IMG/VR virus record: IMGVR_UViG_3300005337_000002
Origin: a virus
Direction: 5' to 3' (one strand)
DNA: 64,000 nt
Made by a program: the position numbers and the translations under genes. Of this stretch, positions 10,091 through 18,357 are shown one piece after another; within the stretch, counting starts at the first letter, position 1; the number at the start of each line of letters is the position of its first letter. The notes below the pieces were generated by a model. It was not told the origin of the DNA and did no database searches. It was given only the letters and a program-made list of their open reading frames with translations.

Positions 10091-10507
10091 ATGCCCTTGC
10101 CCTTTGCGGTTCGCTGGCCCGTCTGTGTCCAGCGCTGGCTCGGCCTGCGCGTCTCGCGTCTGCCGGGCCGTCTTGCCACATTTGGCGTCCCGTGGCCGTC
10201 CCTGCCCCGAAGTGCTGCCAGCTATGAGCGCCTGTTCTACCAGACCTGTGAGGTCCGCATTCCCGCCACGGCGCATGGCTTCCATTGCCCGTGGACCACG
10301 CTCAGCATTGAAGTCTTTCTGTGGGCGCCGGAGGACCAACGTTGGGTCGAGGCCTCGCTCGCCGTCAACATGGGGCTTGCGCCTGACCGTACGCTCTTTG
10401 TGCGGTTCCATACCCCCCAGAGCGGCGTCGTGCGCCTCCTTGCCGTGCGCGGGCAACTGCATGGCCCGCTCCATACGATGCTCCCTGGGATGCCTGGGGA
10501 ACGCTAG
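10091..10507 (+). CDS. hypothetical protein
   Basis: AAGGA RBS; co-oriented in operon. Confidence 0.5.
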   Translation: MPLPFAVRWPVCVQRWLGLRVSRLPGRLATFGVPWPSLPRSAASYERLFYQTCEVRIPATAHGFHCPWTTLSIEVFLWAPEDQRWVEASLAVNMGLAPDRTLFVRFHTPQSGVVRLLAVRGQLHGPLHTMLPGMPGER

Positions 10508-10519
10508 AAAGAATGGTCT

Positions 10520-10996
10520 ATGCAACTCACACTTGATCTGTCTGAGCATGTCATTGAAACCTTGCGAACGTTGGCGATCCAGCGCCATTGCACGACCCCC
10601 GAGATCGCGACGGCGTTGCTTACGCAGGCGGCTTCTGTCGATGCGCCCTCCCTTGATGCCGCGCTGCCTGCCAGGGATGCGGGCATTCTGCTCGATCCAG
10701 CCGCACGGGCTTTACTTCGCGAGCACCATCTGAGCCCAGCCGATCGCGCTTTCCTGAATCACGTGATTGATCTTTGGAATGTCTACGCGCTCGGGAGCCA
10801 ACAGTCTCCCGTCAGTTTCTTCGCGCAGTTTCTCACGGACCAGGCGTGCATGATGATGGCCACGCAGTATCCTGGCGATCTGGACAAGATTGCACAGGCG
10901 GCAACCGTTCTCACGCGCTTGGTCGAGCAATTACTTTGGGCGAAGATCACCCTCACGAATGGCTTTCGTCGCCCACTGCCGGAGGAATTGTCATGA
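10520..10996 (+). CDS. hypothetical protein with RHH-like N-terminus
   Basis: MQLTLDLSEHVIETLRTLA pattern. Confidence 0.5.
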   Translation: MQLTLDLSEHVIETLRTLAIQRHCTTPEIATALLTQAASVDAPSLDAALPARDAGILLDPAARALLREHHLSPADRAFLNHVIDLWNVYALGSQQSPVSFFAQFLTDQACMMMATQYPGDLDKIAQAATVLTRLVEQLLWAKITLTNGFRRPLPEELS

Positions 10997-11364
10997 TATG
11001 CTCCCGCTACGTACTTGCCCTCGGTCTACTGACACTCGCGACGCCTGCCGTCCATGCCCAACCCCTGCCCTGTGCCCTGCAGGCCTTCTTTGAGTCCGTC
11101 TGCCCCGAGGGGTCAACGTCTGTTGCGCCTGTCCCTGCGGCCCCGCCCGCGCTCCTGCCGCCCCTGTTTCCGAAGGAGACGCTCGCGCGGGATATTCCCC
11201 CGCTGATGGTGACACTGCTCGATGCCCCCACCCCCGAGAACGCTCGCGCCTTCCAGGCCTGGCATCGGCGCCGACTGGCCCGTATTCAGGAGGTCAATCG
11301 TCTCCTGCAATCCCTTGAACCTGTCCCCCAGAAAGAGGTGCCTGATGCCCAGCTCCCGCGCTGA
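10993..11364 (+). CDS. secreted protein, TraF N-terminal-like
   Basis: Signal peptide; DAPTPENARAF resembles the TraF NPTxENV motif. Confidence 0.5.
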   Translation: MICSRYVLALGLLTLATPAVHAQPLPCALQAFFESVCPEGSTSVAPVPAAPPALLPPLFPKETLARDIPPLMVTLLDAPTPENARAFQAWHRRRLARIQEVNRLLQSLEPVPQKEVPDAQLPR

Positions 11365-11710
11365 GAAAGCGGCGCCCGCCCGGTGGACTGCCTGGCAGGC
11401 CGCGCGTCGTGCCCAGGGCGTCTTATCCGCCCGAGCCGCCGCCCAGGACTACACCGCGCTCCAGGTCCAACCCCCGCTGCGCGCCACGTTCTTTGTGATG
11501 CTGGATCTGCTGAGTGCCCGGCATAAGTGGCTGCAGCGGCTCGCCAGGCTGCACGCCGATCCGGCCTTCACCGCGTCCCTTGAGGAGGTGGAGGTCGCGT
11601 GGCAGCGGTGGGAGCAGTGGACCCGGCACTTTGCGGCCACGCTGACCCATCTCACCGCTGATCATCCGACGGGCCTGCCGCTGGAGGAGGACCCGCCCGA
11701 TGCCGACTAA
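11345..11710 (+). CDS. hypothetical protein
   Basis: GAGG RBS; overlaps neighbours in operon. Confidence 0.45.
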   Translation: MPSSRAEKAAPARWTAWQAARRAQGVLSARAAAQDYTALQVQPPLRATFFVMLDLLSARHKWLQRLARLHADPAFTASLEEVEVAWQRWEQWTRHFAATLTHLTADHPTGLPLEEDPPDAD

Positions 11711-13520
11711 GCTGCTCGTGCGCGCCATACTCCTGGCGAGTCTCGCATGGCTCTGGCTGTGTGTCTCTTTCGTCGTCCCGCTGCCGCCCGCGTATGCGGC
11801 TGCTCCGCTCCAGACTCCGGTCGACCTGCTGGCGCTGACCTGGCTGGTCTGGCGCCTCCTGCTCCTGGATCGCACCTGGCATACGTGGCGCGCGTGGCGG
11901 GTCTCGCCTGCCCCCTGGGTCCTTGCCGCGACCGCCTCCCCGTGTCTCACAGACGGCCTGCTGCTCGGCGAGGCGTTTGCGTGGACGACCGCCCAGACCC
12001 ACGCCCTCGAAACCTTCCTCGTGGATGAAGAGACGCTCCCGGTGGCGACAAGCGCCCGCGGCGGCCATCCGGCCCTCCATGCCGTTGGGGCCGGCGCTGT
12101 CCAGCTCCTCCCGCTCCCGTGGTCGGAACTCGTCGGCCAGGTCGGGGTCCTGGGGACGACCCGCAGCGGCAAGTCCACACTGCTCGAACTCCTGATGACG
12201 CACGCCATCCGGGCCCGCCACGGCCCGGTCATGGTGCTGGATCCCCGCGGCAGTCGGACGTTGCTTGCGCGCTGTGCCCTCGAAGCCTACCGGATTGGGC
12301 GGCCCTTTGCGGTCATCGCCCCCGCGTTCCCGGCCCAGTCGGCCACGATGAATGTGCTGGACACCGCGACCTCCCCCGTGGAAGTCTCCTCGCGCATCAA
12401 TGCCCTGATGCCCAGCGGTGGGGGGCGCACGACGGATCCCTTCTTTGAACAATATCCGCTGGCCCTGATTGAGCGGATCGCCACCGCCCAGCAGGCGCTG
12501 GGCCAGCCCTGGACGCTCGAAGGGCTCTACAAAGCCTCGGTCCTGCCGCAGCATGCCGAGCGCTTGCTCATGGACTACCTCGTGCATCTGGGCTGCACGC
12601 GCACCCCCACGCTGCAGCCGATGAAGACCGAGTATTTTCGGAAGCATATGCATGACCTCACTGCCGATGCCCTCATTGCGGATCAGGAGCGCAACCGGGA
12701 CCACTTTGCCAAGGTAACGGCCAATCTCATTCCCGCCTTTCGCGGCGTCGTGCATGCCCCGTTAGGGCCGCTCTTCTCGACGGTCCCCGGCGATCTCACC
12801 TGGCAGACGATTGTCGAGAAGGAGATCGTCGTGTATGTGGCCCTGGCGAGTATGCTGCTTGGCGACATTGCGAACCGCATCGGGCGCGTCATCCTGCAAG
12901 ATCTCATCGGCTATCTGGGCCGGCGGGACGCCTATGCGGATGTGCGTGCCGCCGTGCCGATCACCGTGCTGATTGATGAGGTGGGGGATGTCGTCTTTCC
13001 GCTGTTCACCAATGCCCTCAATAAAGGTGGCGGGGCGAAAGCCCGGTTTGTCATTGCCATGCAGTCCCATGCGGATCTCGACGCGAAGGTAGGCCGGGAG
13101 GAGAGCCGCCGCATTCGGGACAACCTCAATACCCAAGTGACCTTTCGTCTGACGGATGATCGCACCGCGACGGACGTGGCCGAGGGGTATGGCGTCTGTA
13201 CAGTGCAGGTGCCGGAGACCGGGGTGGGACTGACGGTGGGCGGTGGTGGGGGACTGACCGGCAGTGCCCATCGGCGGCTCGTGCAGCGAGAGGTACCGCG
13301 CGTGCGGAGCAACTGGCTCAAGGCGTTGCCACGGGGCGAGGCGTTTGTGCGGCTCAAGGGTGAACTCTGGAAAGCGCGCATCCCCATGCTTACCCCAATC
13401 ACCTCTGACGAACTCGATATGCTCGGACTCACGACACTGTGGAACAGTCTTGCGCCACAGTCCCCTGCTTCTCCAACAGAAGGGAGTGATGTATGCGACG
13501 ACTCAGTAGTCTCTTGCTAG
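11700..13520 (+). CDS. traD: Type IV coupling protein TraD (GI/PFGI-1-like)
   Basis: N-terminal TMs, GG.P.LH, Walker A GTTRSGKS, VLIDE, LNKGGGA, LPRGEAF. Confidence 0.9.
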   Translation: MPTKLLVRAILLASLAWLWLCVSFVVPLPPAYAAAPLQTPVDLLALTWLVWRLLLLDRTWHTWRAWRVSPAPWVLAATASPCLTDGLLLGEAFAWTTAQTHALETFLVDEETLPVATSARGGHPALHAVGAGAVQLLPLPWSELVGQVGVLGTTRSGKSTLLELLMTHAIRARHGPVMVLDPRGSRTLLARCALEAYRIGRPFAVIAPAFPAQSATMNVLDTATSPVEVSSRINALMPSGGGRTTDPFFEQYPLALIERIATAQQALGQPWTLEGLYKASVLPQHAERLLMDYLVHLGCTRTPTLQPMKTEYFRKHMHDLTADALIADQERNRDHFAKVTANLIPAFRGVVHAPLGPLFSTVPGDLTWQTIVEKEIVVYVALASMLLGDIANRIGRVILQDLIGYLGRRDAYADVRAAVPITVLIDEVGDVVFPLFTNALNKGGGAKARFVIAMQSHADLDAKVGREESRRIRDNLNTQVTFRLTDDRTATDVAEGYGVCTVQVPETGVGLTVGGGGGLTGSAHRRLVQREVPRVRSNWLKALPRGEAFVRLKGELWKARIPMLTPITSDELDMLGLTTLWNSLAPQSPASPTEGSDVCDDSVVSC

Positions 13521-13870
13521 CGCTGGTCCTAGTCGGGTGTATGGCAACCGGGACGAAGGTGACGGAAGTCCAACTCGAGCAGTTTCAGCCGGGGTACAGC
13601 ACCTATCAGGACGTCATTGGAATGCTCGGCCCGCCGAATCAATCGACCCTACACAGTGATGGCACGCGCGAGGCGATCTATACCTACACGCAGATGCAAC
13701 TGAAGCCGCTGAACTTTGTGCCCATCCTTGCGGCTTTCACTCAAGGGAGTACCGCCGAAACCACGACGGTGACGTTACTCTTTGATGCGCGGGGGATGCT
13801 TGCCAGCTTCAGCGCGGCCCAGGGACAGACGACGGTGGGGACGGGGTTCGTGTCAGGGGGGCGGCAGTAA
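13493..13870 (+). CDS. SmpA/BamE-like lipoprotein (possible exclusion protein)
   Basis: Lipobox LVGC; PG.ST..DV...LGPP motif. Confidence 0.6.
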   Translation: MRRLSSLLLALVLVGCMATGTKVTEVQLEQFQPGYSTYQDVIGMLGPPNQSTLHSDGTREAIYTYTQMQLKPLNFVPILAAFTQGSTAETTTVTLLFDARGMLASFSAAQGQTTVGTGFVSGGRQ

Positions 13871-13871
13871 T

Positions 13872-14744
13872 TCAAGCGCCCACATAGGCTTTGACTATTT
13901 CCAGTCGGCAATGACCAAGTTCTTCGGACAGAATCGACCGCGCATCCTGGTCCCGCTCTCGCTGCTCTGGGGTCAAGTCCCTATGGCTTGGCCCGCCCGC
14001 CACTGGACACAGAAACCCCGTCAACTCCAGAAACCGCCGCTGGGCATACGCATGCCGCAGGCCGTGCATATTGTGCAGCCCCACGCGCTTCACCCAGTCG
14101 TCATAGCGGTAGCGTTGTTGGATATACGTGCGATGCGTGGGGATGAGCGACGCCTCCTTGCTCGGGAGCGTTTGCTTGAGCCGGTCGAGGACCTCGCGTT
14201 GCGCGGCGGTCGCAATGGGAATCTGGCGCGGGCGTCCGCCCTTGGTCCACGAGCCTTGCAGCACCAGGTACTGCCCCTGATCCGCCTGCCACAGGCGTAT
14301 CTTGATGCTCTCCTCCCGGCGCAACCCAAAGGCCCGTTGGAGTTCGAGGGAGGCTCGCACCCAGCGATCCTGTACGCGCATGAGGACATCATTCGGGACC
14401 GTCTGCGCTTTCGAGGTCTTGGCCACGAACTGCCGCGGGGGCAGGGCATAGATCGCGTTGTCTTTGGGCAGGATACTCACCCGATTGATCTTGTGTGCCC
14501 ACCAGCGGAGAACGCTCAAGCGGTTGCGAATGGTGGCGCCGCTCAAGCCTTGCGTGTGCCAGAGCGCGAGGAGCTTGTCGATATGCCGGCCCTTGAGGTC
14601 CGTGGCGTGCAAGTCTTTATAGCCAAGGTGGATCAGTTGGTCGGCCATCTGCGCCAGGATCGTGCGCCGATTGGCCTGGGTCATGAAGGAACCATCGCGG
14701 TTGCGCTTGGTGAGTTGGACGAGTTCGTAGGTGAGTTGCTTCAT
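13872..14744 (-). CDS. Tyrosine recombinase without arm-binding domain (Integrase_1-like)
   Basis: Catalytic set GLRREE, TKGGRPR, HGLRH, LGH and C-terminal Y; 290 aa. Confidence 0.9.
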   Translation of the reverse strand: MKQLTYELVQLTKRNRDGSFMTQANRRTILAQMADQLIHLGYKDLHATDLKGRHIDKLLALWHTQGLSGATIRNRLSVLRWWAHKINRVSILPKDNAIYALPPRQFVAKTSKAQTVPNDVLMRVQDRWVRASLELQRAFGLRREESIKIRLWQADQGQYLVLQGSWTKGGRPRQIPIATAAQREVLDRLKQTLPSKEASLIPTHRTYIQQRYRYDDWVKRVGLHNMHGLRHAYAQRRFLELTGFLCPVAGGPSHRDLTPEQRERDQDARSILSEELGHCRLEIVKAYVGA

Positions 14745-14986
14745 GCGAAGCCCATATCAGGGGCAGGGCATGGCTGCCCGTCGTGCGTCTGATAGCGTTC
14801 CTGTTCGATCGTCATATTGACGGTCGCCATATCGCGCCAGATGCGATAGGGTGGGCAGGGATGCCACTCGCCTGCATCGTTGCGCTGGAACACAATACCG
14901 TGTTGCTCCCACCATGCACGATGTGCGGCCTCGTCTAGTCGTAATACTCGCATGTCACGCTTGCACATCGTCACTCTGATATACAT
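14741..14986 (-). CDS. small hypothetical protein coupled to the recombinase (start uncertain)
   Basis: Stop overlaps recombinase ATG (ATGA). Confidence 0.4.
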   Translation of the reverse strand: MYIRVTMCKRDMRVLRLDEAAHRAWWEQHGIVFQRNDAGEWHPCPPYRIWRDMATVNMTIEQERYQTHDGQPCPAPDMGFA

Positions 14987-15009
14987 ATAGAGTGTTGGAG
15001 TCTTATCGA

Positions 15010-15530
15010 GGTCGCTTCCCACGGTCGTCCGTGTGGTCAGTGTCGGTGGGCACCGCATACGGTCTCTCCTATGCAGTCTCAAGTCTTGCCCGTGTGGGAA
15101 TAGGGTACGCTGGTCCCCGCAGGTGGTATGCCGTCGCCGGCACCGGGTCTCGTCAGGAGACGCCGCAGCGTGTCTATCACAACCATCTATGTCAAATAGC
15201 CAGGGGGTCCCGTCCCGCAGCGGGCTATGAAGCGCTGCGGGACAGTCCTACGTTCGGATGGAACGATGCGTCTTCCTCTGCCTCGTTTCTGCGATACGAG
15301 ACGGTCATCGTGAGCCCAGATGTGGGGTACATAACCCTCGCAGAGCGGAAACCTCATCAGTCCTCCGTCGACCGATTTCTGATGGGGACAGACGCAGACG
15401 CGAAGCAGGGATGCGATGCATCCAGACATCTCGCTTTGCAGCGAGGGCAGGCCCTTCCGTGCGAGAAGGGCAGTCCGAAGCCCACCTTCCTCACGGCCTC
15501 GGCGTGTTAGGGGTCAGCCTAACAATTGGC
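15010..15530. other. hairpin-dense non-coding region (oriT/ssDNA structure or ncRNA candidate)
   Basis: About 9 inverted repeats, e.g. GTCCCGCAGCG/CGCTGCGGGAC 15212-15243, GCCCTTC/GAAGGGC 15451-15471, TGTTAGG/CCTAACA 15505-15524. Confidence 0.6.
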
Positions 15531-15558
15531 AGGAGGATAGTGGAAACAACTGTTACTG

Positions 15559-15822
15559 TCAAGCATGAGGAGTGGTCTGTGAGGCATCGATCCTATAGAA
15601 TGGAGGGGTGTGTCGTATCCGCGGCCTCCATGGCGTCTCCTGTGCGGGCAACACTTCTCTCCCCCGCGCAATGAGCGCAGCAATATCGTCCTCATCAAAG
15701 CCCAGTTTGCGGCCGAGTTTAACTGCCGGCAGTCCTAGCCGCACCCGAAACCGCTTATCGGCAAGACTGCGAGGCGAGAGACTCAGTCGCTCTGCAGCCT
15801 TTTCGAGTGTGAGAATCGCCAT
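15559..15822 (-). CDS. excisionase-like HTH (HTH_17) protein
   Basis: LTLEKAAERLSLSPRSL...LPAVKLGRKLGFDEDDI; AAGGAG RBS. Confidence 0.75.
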   Translation of the reverse strand: MAILTLEKAAERLSLSPRSLADKRFRVRLGLPAVKLGRKLGFDEDDIAALIARGREVLPAQETPWRPRIRHTPPFYRIDASQTTPHA

Positions 15823-15839
15823 GTAATACTCCTTCTATT

Positions 15840-16076
15840 TCAGAGTTGATTTTTTGGTATCTCCTCCGCAGTGACGCGGCAGGCCAGCGCAGGGCTTCCC
15901 CCGCGCCAGGCCACGCGTGCGCGCCGATCCATCCGCGACATCTCAGCGGGATCGGCGCAGACAGGACGTCGGGCATCACCCCCTCTCAGTCTCCGCTCAG
16001 GGTATATTCCAGCACCCGTCAGGTTTGGACTGGCAATCAAAGAGACGCTCATCCAAATGACGAGGTACATAGTCAC
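15840..16076 (-). CDS. small hypothetical protein
   Basis: GGAGG RBS; hydrophobic N-terminus. Confidence 0.35.
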   Translation of the reverse strand: MTMYLVIWMSVSLIASPNLTGAGIYPERRLRGGDARRPVCADPAEMSRMDRRARVAWRGGSPALACRVTAEEIPKNQL

Positions 16077-16190
16077 GCAGCATCACCTCCTCTCAGGGAC
16101 ACACTCAAGGTATTGCCTGTGGGAGCTTGCCGTCATCACCATCACAGACAATAGTTTCGCCAACAATATGACACCCACGTTCATGTCGCA

Positions 16191-16403
16191 TCACCCCCTT
16201 TCAGCGCGCCGCGGCACGTCGGTCCGCCACGTACGCAGCTGGCGCACCCAGCGCTCCTCGTGCTCCAATGCCCCCTCGACCCAATAGGTCAGACGATGCC
16301 GCGCCAGCGTCTGCAGCACCCGCTGCCAGGTCGGTCGCGGATAGTGCGTCGCTGGATGGGCGCAGGAGCGCTGGACACATTTCTTGGCTTGACGGCGTTT
16401 CAT
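16191..16403 (-). CDS. small basic hypothetical protein
   Basis: MKRRQAKK start, coupled to upstream gene. Confidence 0.45.
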   Translation of the reverse strand: MKRRQAKKCVQRSCAHPATHYPRPTWQRVLQTLARHRLTYWVEGALEHEERWVRQLRTWRTDVPRRAERG

Positions 16404-16813
16404 GGGGTGGCTCCTGGCGACGTACACACCCACCGGGGCGCACGATACGTACAGTCAGCACTTCCCGTAACGGGCGGCATGGGCGTCCCACGCTGCACGG
16501 CCGCTTGGTACGTCTGAGCATCGAGGAGGACGGTGATCGCGGCAAACGTGCCAGCGACCGTGGCATCCACATCCAGGCGCCCCACCAGCGTATCGGCCTC
16601 GTGTAGATGGCGCACCACGGCACACGCGCCGGCCCGCTGGGGCGAGACGATCACGGCATAATGCAGGACACCCGTGGCCGTCGTCTCCATCAGGCAGGTT
16701 TGAGGCAGCAGTAGGACACGCTGGGGCAGAACCGGCCAAAGCCAGGTCGCCGCAAACACGGGGGCAAGGCCCAAGAGCGCCAGCACCGTGAGGGCACGAA
16801 AGAGGGGGATCAT
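16400..16813 (-). CDS. membrane-anchored hypothetical protein
   Basis: N-terminal TM; coupled. Confidence 0.5.
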   Translation of the reverse strand: MIPLFRALTVLALLGLAPVFAATWLWPVLPQRVLLLPQTCLMETTATGVLHYAVIVSPQRAGACAVVRHLHEADTLVGRLDVDATVAGTFAAITVLLDAQTYQAAVQRGTPMPPVTGSADCTYRAPRWVCTSPGATP

Positions 16814-17037
16814 GGCCCCTCCTGCACGATAAACACAGCAAACGCAGTGCGGAAGACCGCGAGGCGCGCCTCACGCGCACCGGCGGTTTGCAGACCCCCA
16901 CGCCGTTTGGCCTCGACCAGACACACGGCGGAGCACGCGGTATGCCGGAATCCGCCATAGGGCGCAGGCGCGGGGGCACGGACACCACAGCCCTCGCATT
17001 TGTAGGTCGCGACAGGCTGGTCAGGGGGTGGGGGCAT
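16810..17037 (-). CDS. small Cys-rich protein
   Basis: CEGC..CSAVC; coupled. Confidence 0.4.
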   Translation of the reverse strand: MPPPPDQPVATYKCEGCGVRAPAPAPYGGFRHTACSAVCLVEAKRRGGLQTAGAREARLAVFRTAFAVFIVQEGP

Positions 17038-17305
17038 CGGGAACTTCCTCCTGACGGAGGACCAGCGTGGCCAGTGCCTCCACCGTCGCCCAGGGGAGCG
17101 CCACTTCGCCCTCGCGCATGGCAGGCACGCCGCTGCCTGCCTGGACCAGCAGCGTAATGGGCTTCCCCAACTCGCGTGCATACGCCAGTTGTCGCTGGCA
17201 GCGACGATCCTTGTGCCAGTTGGGCGTGACGAGCGCGACAAACACGTCATTGGTGCGCACATGGCGTTTCCAGTCAAGGCCATGCGTATGCATGTCAATG
17301 GGCAT
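17021..17305 (-). CDS. truncated TIR-like domain protein lacking the catalytic Glu
   Basis: VRTNDVFVALVTPNWHKDRRCQRQLAYARELGKPITLLV matches the TIR_2 core, with Q in place of E. Confidence 0.6.
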   Translation of the reverse strand: MPIDMHTHGLDWKRHVRTNDVFVALVTPNWHKDRRCQRQLAYARELGKPITLLVQAGSGVPAMREGEVALPWATVEALATLVLRQEEVPDAPTP

Positions 17306-17321
17306 AGGCATCCCTCCTGCC

Positions 17322-17606
17322 TTATTTCGCACGAAAGGTGACCGACGCACTCTCGCCGCTACAGCCAGACGGGAGGTCAAAGACACTGCTGGCCTTGCCC
17401 GTCTGGCGGAGCGTGAGCCGCACTTTCTCTGCGGGAGGCTCACCGCGCAGGACCGTTGTGCCATCGGACCAGACGGTACAGTTGCGGCAGGCGACCCCGT
17501 CATTTTTCTCGAGTTTGGGCGGTCCCTCGACTTTGTCAAGGACATAGCCCTCAGGCGGGGTAAACGTGAAGCCGGCGGCGAGCAGGCAGGTGAGCAGAAT
17601 CAGCAT
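17322..17606 (-). CDS. small secreted protein
   Basis: Signal-like N-terminus; AAGGAG RBS. Confidence 0.5.
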   Translation of the reverse strand: MLILLTCLLAAGFTFTPPEGYVLDKVEGPPKLEKNDGVACRNCTVWSDGTTVLRGEPPAEKVRLTLRQTGKASSVFDLPSGCSGESASVTFRAK

Positions 17607-17838
17607 ACGGCGCTCCTTGTGGGTTGAACAGACAGCGATCTCTCACAGCGACAATGGGCGGGGCACTGATGACACTGCCCACAGCGGACGCCCCACCAGG
17701 CCCGCCAGGGGAGGAGGAAGTGCGGCGTGGGCGGGACCTGCACAGCATCACAGCCACAGGCATCGGTCACAGCCCGCGTCCCGGCATGGGCACAGCAATC
17801 GCAGTAGCGCGTGCGTTCCGGCAGACGGTGGTGCGGCA

Positions 17839-18357
17839 TCAGTGTAGCTCCTCCAGCGTAAACACATCGCCCTCTGCTTCCCACGTGGTACTCGCTGGGG
17901 CCAGCGTCCGCGTCACGAGGTACTCATACAGCGGCGGCATAATATCACGGCGAGTATAGCGTTGCTGGATCACGACCGCCGGGCCATAGCCGTCCTCGTA
18001 CCACACCTGCACCGGCTCGCCCTGGGCATAGCGCCACCGCACGAGGCCCCAGCGGGACAGCCAGCGGCGCAGACGTCCCGGCGTCTCACGGCGCCGCGGG
18101 GGTGGACGCGGTGCGGCCATCAGGGGGGCGTCTGGCGGAGGGGACGCGCCTTCATGCGCCTGCGCCCGGAGGGTGCGGAGCAGGTCGGCCGCAGCGGTGG
18201 CCAGCAGCGCGCGCCAGCCTGGCGGGAGGGCCCGCCCCGCCGGTGCCCGGAGCAGATCCTGGCAATCGCGGGCGAGTTTGTAGGCGCCCTGCCCCACGCG
18301 GTCGGTCGGCTCGAGGTGACAGGCCCAGAGGGGTCCGCGGGCGGGCGGAGGCCTCAC
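17839..18357 (-). CDS. hypothetical protein (start uncertain)
   Basis: GTG overlaps MTase stop; globular C-terminal part. Confidence 0.4.
   Translation of the reverse strand: MRPPPARGPLWACHLEPTDRVGQGAYKLARDCQDLLRAPAGRALPPGWRALLATAAADLLRTLRAQAHEGASPPPDAPLMAAPRPPPRRRETPGRLRRWLSRWGLVRWRYAQGEPVQVWYEDGYGPAVVIQQRYTRRDIMPPLYEYLVTRTLAPASTTWEAEGDVFTLEELH

Noticed and set aside
15285-15360. Second hammerhead on the minus strand (CTGATGA...GAAAC)
   Set aside because: No stem II closing directly between the core strands, and no proper stems I or III
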